From an uncultured bacterium (GTDB taxonomy: Bacteria > Patescibacteriota > Minisyncoccia > Phycocordibacterales > UBA918), in NCBI GenBank assembly GCA_965652925.1, contig CBFGXL010000002.1, forward strand, positions 4,881-68,880: 64,000 bases of DNA, written 5' to 3'. Under the pieces are notes generated by a model. That model saw only the letters and a program-made list of their open reading frames with translations, was not told the DNA's origin and made no database searches. The position numbers were made by a program, and so were the translations under genes. The stretch's first letter is position 1; each line of letters opens with the position of its first letter. Shown piece after piece: positions 20,901 to 28,589 of this stretch.

Positions 20901-23790
20901 GACCTCCGCTTACATACGCATAATTACCGGAAATTGCGACCCCTTGCCCGTAGTTCATCACATTTGCGTCATTTGGATCCCAATTACCGACGGTGACCGG
21001 TGCGGCCGGATCAGAAATATTGACGATAGCGAGGTTGTCCGAAACTGCACCTGATATGTATGCATAGTTGCCAGAGATGGCAGCGAACTGAGGACTATCC
21101 ATCACATTTGCGTCATTTGGATCCCAATTACCGACGGTGACGGGATTTGCGGGATTTGAGATGTCGATTATGACGAGGTTATCTGAGACGCTACCTGCTA
21201 CATACGCATAGTTGCCAGAGACCATAACGAAACCAGCATTATTCATCACGTTCGTATCATTTGGATCCCAATTACCGACGGTGACGGGGTTCGTTGGGTT
21301 GCTGATGTCGATTATAGCGAGGTTGTTAGAGACTCTTCCAGGTACATACGCATAGTTGCCTGAGACCTCAACAGAAGAAGGATAATCCATCACATTTGCG
21401 TCATTTGGATCCCAATTACCGACGGTGACCGGTGCAGTTGGGTCTGAGACATCAACGATGACGAGATTGTCAGAGTTAGCTCCCGATACATACGCATAAT
21501 TTCCAAAAACGCTAACACGAGGTCCGCCATCCATCACATTTGCGTCATTTGGATCCCAATTACCGACGGTGACCGGTGCGGCCGGGTCGCTGATATCGAC
21601 GATTGCAATATTATTAGAATTATTCCCTCCAACGTATGCATAGTTCCCTGAGATAGTGCCGTAGGTTGTCCCACTCATCACATTTACGTCATTTGGATCC
21701 CAGTTGCCAATTGTTGTTGGGGTGGAGACGTTTCCGAGAATATGCGCACTTCCCCATACGTCGAGCTTCGCAGAAGGTGTGGTCGTTCCAATACCCACAT
21801 TCCCGGCACTCGTCACATACACACCCTCATCTCCTCCATCTCCCGAAAGCCAGTTGGAGCCAAGCGCGATGTTTGCAGCTGTGCCTGAGAGCGTGAGGGT
21901 TGAGGTTGCGGTCAAGGCAGAGAATGTTGCGGTGCCCGAGAATGCAGGTGAACCTGAGAAGACAAGACGGCCTGAGCCGGTCTCATCATCCATGAGCGCA
22001 AGCAGCTCAGAAGAAGCGTCGATCTCGTCAGCATTGAGTACCGCGATGCCTGATTCCTGAAGCGCAATGCTTGAGAAGTTAACAGTACTGACGCCTGTGT
22101 TGGAAGTGATATCCACGAAGTTGGCACCACCTGTAGCATCGTCGAAATTGAATCGAAGATCCTCGTCGTTTCCATTCCCCTGTCCTTGAATGATGAGCAT
22201 ACCATCTGCATCAGTATCAAGAAGAACGCCTGTTGACGATGAATCGATACGGATCGAGGTGGCCTCGAATTGATTGTTCACCGTGAGAACTTCAGAGGAA
22301 GTTACCGACAATGTCACGTCGGTGCCTGCAGGAGAAGCCTCCCATGCAATCGATTCAGCATTCCCGAGCCGCAATACACCAGTGTCTGCAACATCAGCGT
22401 TGGTTGAGGCGAAGATGGGGCTAAGAGCGCTCGTTGTGAATGTCGGACTGGTACCAAAGACCAAGGCTCCTGAGCCGGTCTCCCCCGTCACTGCAGTAGC
22501 TAGGTTGGCGCTTGAGGGGGTCGCGAGGAACGTAGCCACGCCGGTACCAAGGCCTGAAACTCCCGTACTGATCGGAAGACCTGTTGCGTTGGTTAAGGTA
22601 CCGCTTGACGGCGTCCCGAGTGCACCGCCATTGACGACGAACGATCCAGCAGTACCGACGTTTACGCCAAGTGCTGTGAGGACTCCCGTACCTGCTCCGG
22701 TGAGTCCGGTAGAGATCGGCAACCCAGTTGCGTTGGTGAGCGTTACTGCAGACGGCGTGCCGAGGTTCGGGGTGGTGAGTGTTGGTGAAGTTGCAAAAAC
22801 AAGGGCGCCGGAGCCAGTTTCGTCAGTGAGTGCGTTCGCAAGTGCCGCCGAAGCAGCGGTTGTGGTAGCACGGCTTGAAGAATCGAGGAAAAGCGCCCGT
22901 GAAGCGGTCAGTGAGGAGAACGTGACTGCGCCAGAAAGTGATGGGGTTGCGAGGGTGGGACTCGTCCCGAAGACTGCCGCTCCTGAGCCGGTCTCGTCTC
23001 CTAGGATTGCTGCGAGTTCTGCGGAGGTATCGATGAGTCCATTGTGTGTCAGGGTGACGTCAGCAACAATAGCATCGAGTTCTGCGTAGGTGTCGAAGGC
23101 GCTTGTTGAAGCATAGAGCGTATTGAGGTAGGTGGTGTTGATGGCAAGGGTGTTTCCTGAGTTCTGGAGGCCTGTACCGGTAAGATCAGTGAACCGCTCC
23201 CCATTGACCACGAGGTTCGTGGTCGTCGCTGTTATCGCCGTAAGCTGCGTGATCGTAGACGATGCGTTGCTTATAAGTCCGCCGGTGAATGTGAGCAATC
23301 CTGAAGCAGTATCAGCTTGATCGCTGCGAAGGAGCGAGGTTGAGGCAACGCCGCCCACCGTATCGGAATCAGCGGCATGTTCTGCTTCAAAAGCGGCAGG
23401 GACTGCGCCAATGACCTTTCGTGGAGTCATTTCAGCATCACCTTCGATCGAAACCCCGAGGTACAGTGGCTGATTAAAGTCCACACTTGTTAAAGGAGTA
23501 GTGCTACCAAGCATAATGGAGAACAAACCACTGGTAACCTGCACCTCATTGGTCAGTGTCTCTGTCCAGATGGGTGAACCACCCGTTGCTTGGGTATAGA
23601 GCGAAAATTCCATGTCATAGAGACCGTCAGCAACAGCTATGCTCGTTGAGGCCGTTAATTTTCCCTGGTAGTTGATCGTGGGTGTAAATGCCGCCAAAGC
23701 GTGTACTCCAAACAAGACATACAGTGCCACCACTCCGCAGAGTATGAGCGGCAGCAGAAGAATATGCGGTTGTATATACCGGTTATTCAT
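14932..23790 (-). CDS. Giant secreted tail-fibre-like protein with LVIVD propeller, YadA-head-like NTAxG repeats and peptidase G2-like intramolecular chaperone domain
   Basis: Probable ATG at 23790 overlapping the upstream stop; signal peptide then INYQGKL; many GxxGIGTxxP repeats; GNYAYV repeats; NTAVG..L..NTTG repeats; SDLAEMY..IIGVVS..PVALSGRVPVK..GD..GVGMKA..VGVALE; acidic P/E/Q tail. Confidence 0.82.
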   Translation of the reverse strand: MNNRYIQPHILLLPLILCGVVALYVLFGVHALAAFTPTINYQGKLTASTSIAVADGLYDMEFSLYTQATGGSPIWTETLTNEVQVTSGLFSIMLGSTTPLTSVDFNQPLYLGVSIEGDAEMTPRKVIGAVPAAFEAEHAADSDTVGGVASTSLLRSDQADTASGLLTFTGGLISNASSTITQLTAITATTTNLVVNGERFTDLTGTGLQNSGNTLAINTTYLNTLYASTSAFDTYAELDAIVADVTLTHNGLIDTSAELAAILGDETGSGAAVFGTSPTLATPSLSGAVTFSSLTASRALFLDSSSRATTTAASAALANALTDETGSGALVFATSPTLTTPNLGTPSAVTLTNATGLPISTGLTGAGTGVLTALGVNVGTAGSFVVNGGALGTPSSGTLTNATGLPISTGVSGLGTGVATFLATPSSANLATAVTGETGSGALVFGTSPTFTTSALSPIFASTNADVADTGVLRLGNAESIAWEASPAGTDVTLSVTSSEVLTVNNQFEATSIRIDSSSTGVLLDTDADGMLIIQGQGNGNDEDLRFNFDDATGGANFVDITSNTGVSTVNFSSIALQESGIAVLNADEIDASSELLALMDDETGSGRLVFSGSPAFSGTATFSALTATSTLTLSGTAANIALGSNWLSGDGGDEGVYVTSAGNVGIGTTTPSAKLDVWGSAHILGNVSTPTTIGNWDPNDVNVMSGTTYGTISGNYAYVGGNNSNNIAIVDISDPAAPVTVGNWDPNDANVMDGGPRVSVFGNYAYVSGANSDNLVIVDVSDPTAPVTVGNWDPNDANVMDYPSSVEVSGNYAYVPGRVSNNLAIIDISNPTNPVTVGNWDPNDTNVMNNAGFVMVSGNYAYVAGSVSDNLVIIDISNPANPVTVGNWDPNDANVMDSPQFAAISGNYAYISGAVSDNLAIVNISDPAAPVTVGNWDPNDANVMNYGQGVAISGNYAYVSGGLSQNLAIVNISDPAAPVTVGNWDPNDANVMDGPRSVSVSGNYVYVTGSASNNLAIIDISGLTVSNMFAGSGLFDIFRTKQTATFDQGVNVRGGLNVGQNALINGALTIEGTASSSLLSSNNRAGLILSTGRLGIGTTTPNQKLSIFNNGADAAIEFSTISGANEKWTIGIDDSDGSKFKISSSSALGTNDRLVINGAGYVGIGTSTPSQLLTVAGGARITGALYDNSNSAGSNGMVLQSTGSGFNWVATSTLGITGGLTSADIDTYAELDAIVADATLTHNGLLDTSSELLAIVGDETGSGRLVFSNAPAFSGTATFSSLTATGTGSFATTTQSGRLTLSGSSANIALGSNWLSGDGGDEGIFVTSAGRIGIGTTSPADDIELVASTYPFLQITETSGTSNAGIGLYNPSTYALLYMNASGNLSVETGGDAGVDFTVTGTGNVGIGTTTPSQLLTVAGSARITDDLHSKTVTIGTSTSYASLTAQASSTIIGSELITNGSFTGSATGWTLGSDASYNSNNVRVSCVSACNDATVSQNISTVAGHTYLIQYDFSGAASSSASVYFTNNSLQGNNSYFAQNQVIFTADYTGTDTLFVDSSYYSEGTLYTIDNVSVREITYTPSINLFARNGTRLMNLGESGTNYASGFNALPSSITGGGSNTAVGINTLYSNTTGNQNTAVGYSSLFANTTGIANTAFGSGSLLSNTTGNSNVAIGVDTLDVNTTGSNNTALGNYALSGNLTGIGNTGLGRNALLLNTTGRNNAAVGMSGLQNNTTGSNNVSLGYRAGYANTTGYGNIYLGSKDNTTTTGGNITTGFNNIMIGNNTLGTSTNTSNFLNIGNFLFANIPATTSANTLSSVNMSSSRFGIGTSTPSQMLTVAGSARITGALYDNSNSAGSNGMILQSTGSGFNWVATSTLGLGGGGLSSSDIDTSAELAAILTDETGTERAVFSSSPAFSGTATFSALSATSTLTLSGNAANIALGSNFLSGDGGDEGVSIASNGDFTMTGASGDYLFVSLNEASGYPTLFGSGDVVSIESHAEILNGFSMNIFDSGNDRSAYLEVENNGATVFGNSAGNLALLPASNVGIGTTSPQSKLDVYGAIRSTNPSSVSDYIELDATSNANAITSGSNYLTFNVAGWNGVATLTNGRMGIGTSTPNQKLSIFNNAADAAIEFSTVSGANEKWSIGIDDSDGAKFKISSSSALGTNDRLVINGAGNIGIGTASPNGKLHVYSGASGAAVNSAADELVLEGSGNAGLTLMTPDASNSMIYFGTPSDGVGAQINWNHTSDLFTIGAHNTGADVTIQAGSGTDVMRILDTGFVGIGTTTPSSLLAMGTTSVSGSRTAGIHQYFNFTNSSASAVYYGDNSYIVNAPTATSTLVGKMLRIEDDTALGNTVRGLEVQAHRGTNTQGENTGISAFGRTFGVRGTTEGDAGGTFQPAGVFAQTRGTTQGNAIRAYSASITTEDLVSLFQDTSAFAGTGLVMNFGNSGGSFSSTTSKFVDFQNAGTSKFTVTAHGTTTIGDGTTNNMAGLQIGYGGLCVDNDGSCNASTTGKITSVSSAVGNSDLAEMYFSSEDLEPGEIIATAGILSIERADEENSANIIGVVSTKPGLTLGFDDTSLTSGQEGYPVALSGRVPVKLSTENGPIKAGDKIMLSSIPGVGMKATESGTVVGVALEDYDGEYAYSEGFIDQFGDDIAEPKTDPLSQEDDERIHDGCYFGGGVALGEEEEECTPRDTQRFESVETAIADEHEEMQDALRDLAREDAREEEIADGQAVKVGQALMFVNLGWHPANAESLLAELTSTSTDVVLGSDGEETLWDRVKTLAQGFVDGVLNVAGLRAENVYVENELCVDGVCLTADDLRALLLEVNRPSNGSGSGEQTPPPQEEPQEPAPSETQGGGETEGGTGDTEATPPPPEDAMQEEPPVEEPQTEQPPQETELQPQNEPTEEPQTEETAEEPVVEEGTQEEVAEEPQVETAEEQSIEVTP
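20740..21720. repeat. Seven intragenic repeats of exact 144-bp period (48-aa LVIVD-like blades)
   Basis: CATCACATTTGCGTCATTTGGATCCCAATTACCGACGGTGAC or a close variant starts at 20812, 20956, 21100, 21244, 21388, 21532 and 21676. Confidence 0.93.
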
Positions 23791-24511
23791 TTCTGTTTTC
23801 AACCGGTACTAATAAAAAAGTTGTAGACCCAGAACCATTCTTGAATATTGGGCGTATCAGCGGACCACCCTCCTCATCGAAGATGATCTCCACATCATCA
23901 GAAAACTCTGCTGCCACACTTTCAACCAGAGCAGTATCCTCCTGTTCACTCCGCGGTGGAAATTGCGGCAATGTCGTAAAGATCTCGACGTCTTCGCGAA
24001 CCGTGGTGCTTCCCTCAAGCGCTGCAGAGATATGCTTTTCATCTCGAGAGAATTCCAATACGAAACTGGGGAGTGTGGCTTTAGCAACAAGCGCAACGTT
24101 CTCTGATGCGGCAGAGCTCAACTCTGTAAGTCCAACCTGTTCATGTGACACAACCCACCCAAGCATTCCCACAATCCCTCCGCATGTCAGCAATACAGCA
24201 GCCTGAGCCAATGCAAGAAATTCATGGTCCTTTGAAGCACCGCCCACATCTGTTTTTCTCTGATGAGACTCGTGTTCGATCTTGCGTACTCGTCTGAGTT
24301 CCTCCTTTCTGATCTTTTTCTCAATCTCAACTTGTGCGAGATATGTGTTGAGTGATCCGGGTTCGATGAACCACTGTCTGCCCACCTGAGTTCCAAGAAT
24401 TTTTTCCTCCCGGGCAAGCTTGCCGATGTAGTCATGACTGTACCCGCACTGCGAAGCAAGTACGTTGCTTGGAACGTACTCTTTTCCGTTTATGACAAGG
24501 CTCTGCGTCAT
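23783..24511 (-). CDS. Membrane-anchored helix-turn-helix (MerR/excisionase-like HTH_17) protein
   Basis: INGKEYV...GYSHDYIGKLAREEKILGTQVGRQWFI followed by a coiled region and one hydrophobic helix. Confidence 0.75.
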   Translation of the reverse strand: MTQSLVINGKEYVPSNVLASQCGYSHDYIGKLAREEKILGTQVGRQWFIEPGSLNTYLAQVEIEKKIRKEELRRVRKIEHESHQRKTDVGGASKDHEFLALAQAAVLLTCGGIVGMLGWVVSHEQVGLTELSSAASENVALVAKATLPSFVLEFSRDEKHISAALEGSTTVREDVEIFTTLPQFPPRSEQEDTALVESVAAEFSDDVEIIFDEEGGPLIRPIFKNGSGSTTFLLVPVENRNE

Positions 24512-24554
24512 ACGATTTACCTATATATTTTATAAGTAAATCGCTAATTTTATT

Positions 24555-25571
24555 CTAAAAAATAAAGAAATTTGTGGAGAACTTTAAAAGGTCAAAAAGT
24601 GCATCAAATTCTTCCACCGAAGTATGCACAGATGCAGTCAGATGCTCGATTGCAAACTGATACGAAGTAGTGACCGTCTGCCCTTCCACTAAGTAGTTGC
24701 TCTCGAGTCCAAGCAGACCGACTACAAGCAGAATAGAAAAAGCAAAAGATGCCAGAACAAGCACTTTCGAACCTAACGAAGAATTTCCCTCCTCAGCAAC
24801 AAGAACTTTCGCACCCTCTGAAAGTCCAGCCGGTGTTTGTGCGGATTCATGTCTGACCGGAGTATGCACAGGCAAATCATGAGAATGAATATTTTTTGTT
24901 GTTGCTGTAGTGGCACCGTTTCTGTGTGCGGCATTCTGAGGAATCAATGCAGTTGTTTTTCGCATTCCATGAAATGGTTTTGACGAAATAACTATATTTT
25001 TAGTCTTTTTATGATCTTTTACTTCTTTTGGGTGGATTATCTTCTGACCTTCCATCTCCTGTATCCTCCCCTCATCAACCTCTGAAACGTGCAGTGCCCC
25101 ACGAAAGCGAATCTCGGGCAGCTTTGGGGCATCCATACGATAGCTAGGCACACTCGACGCTATGGGAAGTTGGACAGCGTCAGCCAGCTCAACTTCAAGT
25201 GAGCCATTTCTTTTCCCTTCTTTTTGAACCAGAGGTATCAACTCGGATTCATCCTCTAAATAGGCAACTTTTGAAGTTTTCTGACTGTGGTAAAAATGGG
25301 GTGATGCTACTTGCTTGTTCGTGCTCTCATTAACACGTACTTTCACTTCTTCTCGTAGAGATTCCTTTGCCTTTGTAGTAGTGCTTCTGTAACGACTCGT
25401 CTTATGCATTGAGATGGAATCACGGTCTACATACCAACTTCTCCCCACCAATTTGGCATGCACACGATGGGATCGGCAGAGCTGCCCCACATAATCAGCA
25501 GTGTACCCGAGATCTCGGGCGATAACACTAGCTTTTACATATTCTTTTCCCCCAACGTTAAGAACGTCCAT
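24555..25571 (-). CDS. Membrane-anchored helix-turn-helix protein, paralogous N-terminus
   Basis: VGGKEYV...GYTADYVGQLCRSHRVHAKLVGRSWYV; TM helix near C-terminus; ATG 25571 chosen because TATAAT lies 6 nt upstream. Confidence 0.75.
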   Translation of the reverse strand: MDVLNVGGKEYVKASVIARDLGYTADYVGQLCRSHRVHAKLVGRSWYVDRDSISMHKTSRYRSTTTKAKESLREEVKVRVNESTNKQVASPHFYHSQKTSKVAYLEDESELIPLVQKEGKRNGSLEVELADAVQLPIASSVPSYRMDAPKLPEIRFRGALHVSEVDEGRIQEMEGQKIIHPKEVKDHKKTKNIVISSKPFHGMRKTTALIPQNAAHRNGATTATTKNIHSHDLPVHTPVRHESAQTPAGLSEGAKVLVAEEGNSSLGSKVLVLASFAFSILLVVGLLGLESNYLVEGQTVTTSYQFAIEHLTASVHTSVEEFDALFDLLKFSTNFFIF

Positions 25572-25655
25572 ACCAGAATTATACACTACATTTCACAATA
25601 TCTCGCCTAAACCAGCGTAAGCTGTGAACACGAAGATCCCTCAACTACAGATTTT

Positions 25656-27068
25656 CTACTCCTTCATCTTCTTCTCCAGTAGCTCTCTTAGAAGCGTAGG
25701 GTTTGCACTGCCCTTTGTGGCCTTCATCCCTTGTCCAACTAGATACTGGATGGATGTATCCTTCCCAGATTTGTACTCAGCAACAACGGATTCATTTTCA
25801 GCAATAATCTTTGAAACTATCTCATCAAGTGCTTCCTCAGAATTCTGTTGTGTAAGACCGCGCTCAGTTGCCAAATTTTCCGGATTTTCACCATCAAATA
25901 CCACTTCCTTCAAAAGATCTTTAGCTACTCTTGAAGTAATCTTACCTTCAGATACAAGCTGCATAAGCTTTATAAACATTTTCGGATGTGCATTCTCAAT
26001 GGTGCATCCCCCATCCGAAAGTAGACTCAATACATCTGTTATAAAATAGTTTGCTGCAAGCTTGACATCAGTTCCTTCAGGAAGCTCAGAAATCGCCTCT
26101 TCGAAGAAGGTGTTATTTGCTACATCTGAAATTATAACTTCAATTTGTTTCTCGGCTAGACCAAGTTCAGTATACTTTGAGCGCTTAGAATTTGGAGTTT
26201 CTGGCAATATCTCGGATATTCGAGAATCACTAAATTCTTCAATCTCGGAACGTTTAAACTTTGGAATGTCAGGATCAGGGAAATAACGGTAGTCTTGCGC
26301 AGTCTCTTTTGAGCGTTGCAAAAATGTTTTTCCTTTAGATTCGTCCCATCCGCGTGTTTCCTGCTTAAGCTGTCGTCCTGATTCGAGTTCTTCTATGTGC
26401 CGTTTTGTCTCATACTCTATAGCAGCCTCGACCGACTTAAAGGAATTCAGATTCTTCACCTCTACTTTTGTGCCTAGCTGATCTGTCTTGCTCACCGAGA
26501 TGTTTGCCTCAACACGCATTTCCCCACGCTCCATGTTTGCGTCAGAGACTCCGAGCGTACGGAGTAAAAGCTGTAGTTCTTTTGCAAACTCACCTGCTTT
26601 TTGTGCATCGTGTATAACCGGTTCAGTAACGAGCTCCATAAGAGGAACTCCCGCCCTGTTAAAATCAACCAAACTCTCATCTCCTTGATCGTGTGCGCTC
26701 CGAGCTGTATCCTCCTCAAGATGCACACGAGTGATAGCCACCCCCGCTATCTCACCACCTTTCACAAATGGGAATTGATACTGGCTGATCTGGTACGCCT
26801 TCGGAATATCTGGATAAAAATAATTTTTACGGTCGAACTCACTGTAGTCAGCAAGCTCACCTCCAATAGCCTTCCCAACCATCATAAGGAAGCGGACAGC
26901 CTCTTTGTTTACAACTGGTAGTGTGCCTGGATGTGCCATACACACAGGACACACATTGGCATTGGGTTCAGCAGCATGTGGATTGTTGATACAACCGCAA
27001 AACATTTTGCTTTTTGTCTTCAACTCAGCATGTACTTCGATGCCGACAGTAGTGGTGTAAGTGGACAT
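25656..27068 (-). CDS. gatB: Asp/Glu-tRNA amidotransferase subunit B
   Basis: VGIEVHAEL, FDRKNYFYPD, HLEED, DFNRAGVPLME, EVKNLNS, DYRYFPDPD. Confidence 0.98.
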   Translation of the reverse strand: MSTYTTTVGIEVHAELKTKSKMFCGCINNPHAAEPNANVCPVCMAHPGTLPVVNKEAVRFLMMVGKAIGGELADYSEFDRKNYFYPDIPKAYQISQYQFPFVKGGEIAGVAITRVHLEEDTARSAHDQGDESLVDFNRAGVPLMELVTEPVIHDAQKAGEFAKELQLLLRTLGVSDANMERGEMRVEANISVSKTDQLGTKVEVKNLNSFKSVEAAIEYETKRHIEELESGRQLKQETRGWDESKGKTFLQRSKETAQDYRYFPDPDIPKFKRSEIEEFSDSRISEILPETPNSKRSKYTELGLAEKQIEVIISDVANNTFFEEAISELPEGTDVKLAANYFITDVLSLLSDGGCTIENAHPKMFIKLMQLVSEGKITSRVAKDLLKEVVFDGENPENLATERGLTQQNSEEALDEIVSKIIAENESVVAEYKSGKDTSIQYLVGQGMKATKGSANPTLLRELLEKKMKE

Positions 27069-27078
27069 GGGCGTAATA

Positions 27079-28047
27079 TTACCCTTCAGACAGTTTCTTC
27101 ACAAGCGTATCGCGCAGTTCTTTTACTCCTTCTTGAGTCAAAACTGATATTACAAACACACGATTCTTATTAATGTCAATATCAGTAAGCAGAGCGTCAA
27201 TTTTATGTTGCTCTGTAAGGTCCTTTTTAGTGAAAATAATCCACTCTTCCTTCTTCAAAAGGAGTGGGTCAAATTTAGCTAGCTCATTTCTGACGGTCAA
27301 ATATGCCTCTTTTGGGTCGTCATTTTCGAGAGATACCAGGTGGAGCAGCATTTTTGTGCGCTGGACATGCCTCAAAAATTTGTGTCCGAGCCCCTTCCCC
27401 CCCGCTGCCCCTTCGATGAGCCCTGGAATGTCAGCGATGACGTACTGATAAAGTGCACCAAGATGAGGTTCAATGGTGGTAAAAGCATACGCGCCTACAG
27501 GAGAACTTGCATTTGTAAACGCGTTAAGCAATGTAGACTTGCCTGCGTTCGGCAAGCCGATGAGTCCCACATCCACAACTAGAGATAGTTCGATCTTGAA
27601 ACTCCCCTCCTCTCCTTTTTTGCCCTCGGTTGATTCAATAGGCGATCGGTTTGTTGAGGATTTAAAGTGTTCATTCCCCAATCCACCAGCTCCGCCCTGA
27701 AGAATTTTTTCTAACTGGCCTTCCTCAAACAGTTCGTACGTTCTCTCACGCTCCAGGTCTTTGATAATCGAACCCACGGGGACATCAATAACGAGGTCCT
27801 CACTTCTCTTGCCAAACTGACTGTTACTTCTTCCGTCTCCTCCATTCTCAGCAACAAAGGTTTTAGCTCCTGTGTACTTGGCTAGGATATTGAGATCACG
27901 AACAGCACGCACGTATACATCGCCGCCTTTTCCTCCATTCCCGCCTGCGGGTCCGCCCTTCGGCACAAATTTTGCACGGAGCCAGCGTACGACGCCTTTT
28001 CCTCCATCTCCCGCTTTTGCATAAATTTCAAGTTCGTCAACAAACAT
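27079..28047 (-). CDS. obgE: GTPase ObgE/CgtA
   Basis: MFVDE, Gly-rich Obg fold, GLPNAGKST, YAFTT, DIPGLIEGA, GLGHKFLRH. Confidence 0.97.
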   Translation of the reverse strand: MFVDELEIYAKAGDGGKGVVRWLRAKFVPKGGPAGGNGGKGGDVYVRAVRDLNILAKYTGAKTFVAENGGDGRSNSQFGKRSEDLVIDVPVGSIIKDLERERTYELFEEGQLEKILQGGAGGLGNEHFKSSTNRSPIESTEGKKGEEGSFKIELSLVVDVGLIGLPNAGKSTLLNAFTNASSPVGAYAFTTIEPHLGALYQYVIADIPGLIEGAAGGKGLGHKFLRHVQRTKMLLHLVSLENDDPKEAYLTVRNELAKFDPLLLKKEEWIIFTKKDLTEQHKIDALLTDIDINKNRVFVISVLTQEGVKELRDTLVKKLSEG

Positions 28048-28589
28048 AATATGTTACTTAATCTGAGTTTTTTGGTGCTTTAACAAATACCATTCAATGA
28101 GAAAAATAACAAGCAATAGTAAGCTCGGGACAGAGATGTCCTCTTAGTCTTACTTCTTACATGAGTAAGGCTCACTGAACAAATAAAAATAAGCTGCAAA
28201 AAAATGCTTAACTATTTTAGATAAAAGCCTTTAAAAAATAGTGATTTCGTCAACCCGAGAAGACTGATTAGCGACTAGCAGATAAGATTCTTGCGTAGTT
28301 ATGTTTGAGAAAACCTCCTATCTGCATTTTATTAACTGAAATTAGTTATTTATATATGTGAACAAAGTGGCAGACAACTAGGGATGATCCTTGGTTCTAC
28401 CTCGGTGGTCTCAGCTTAAGGTACGACATTGCCATGTATCTGTTGATACTCCCATTTTGGAGTGCAGTTTTATTCAATAACATTCTCTACACATAAATCA
28501 GATAGCGCATGTTTCCCAGTAGACGTATCTAACGAAAATCAAAATTAGCTTAGGTGGGAGATGCCAGGAGAATCAAGTAAAAGAGGCTG

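Noticed and set aside
20740-21720. Regularly spaced identical repeats resembling a CRISPR array
   Set aside because: The period is 144 bp (in frame), the intervening parts are homologous coding sequence in one ORF, and no cas genes are present
3427-23790. Diversity-generating retroelement acting on the repeats
   Set aside because: No reverse transcriptase or non-coding template repeat in the window, and I could not see an adenine-only pattern in the blades I compared; a remote DGR is not excluded
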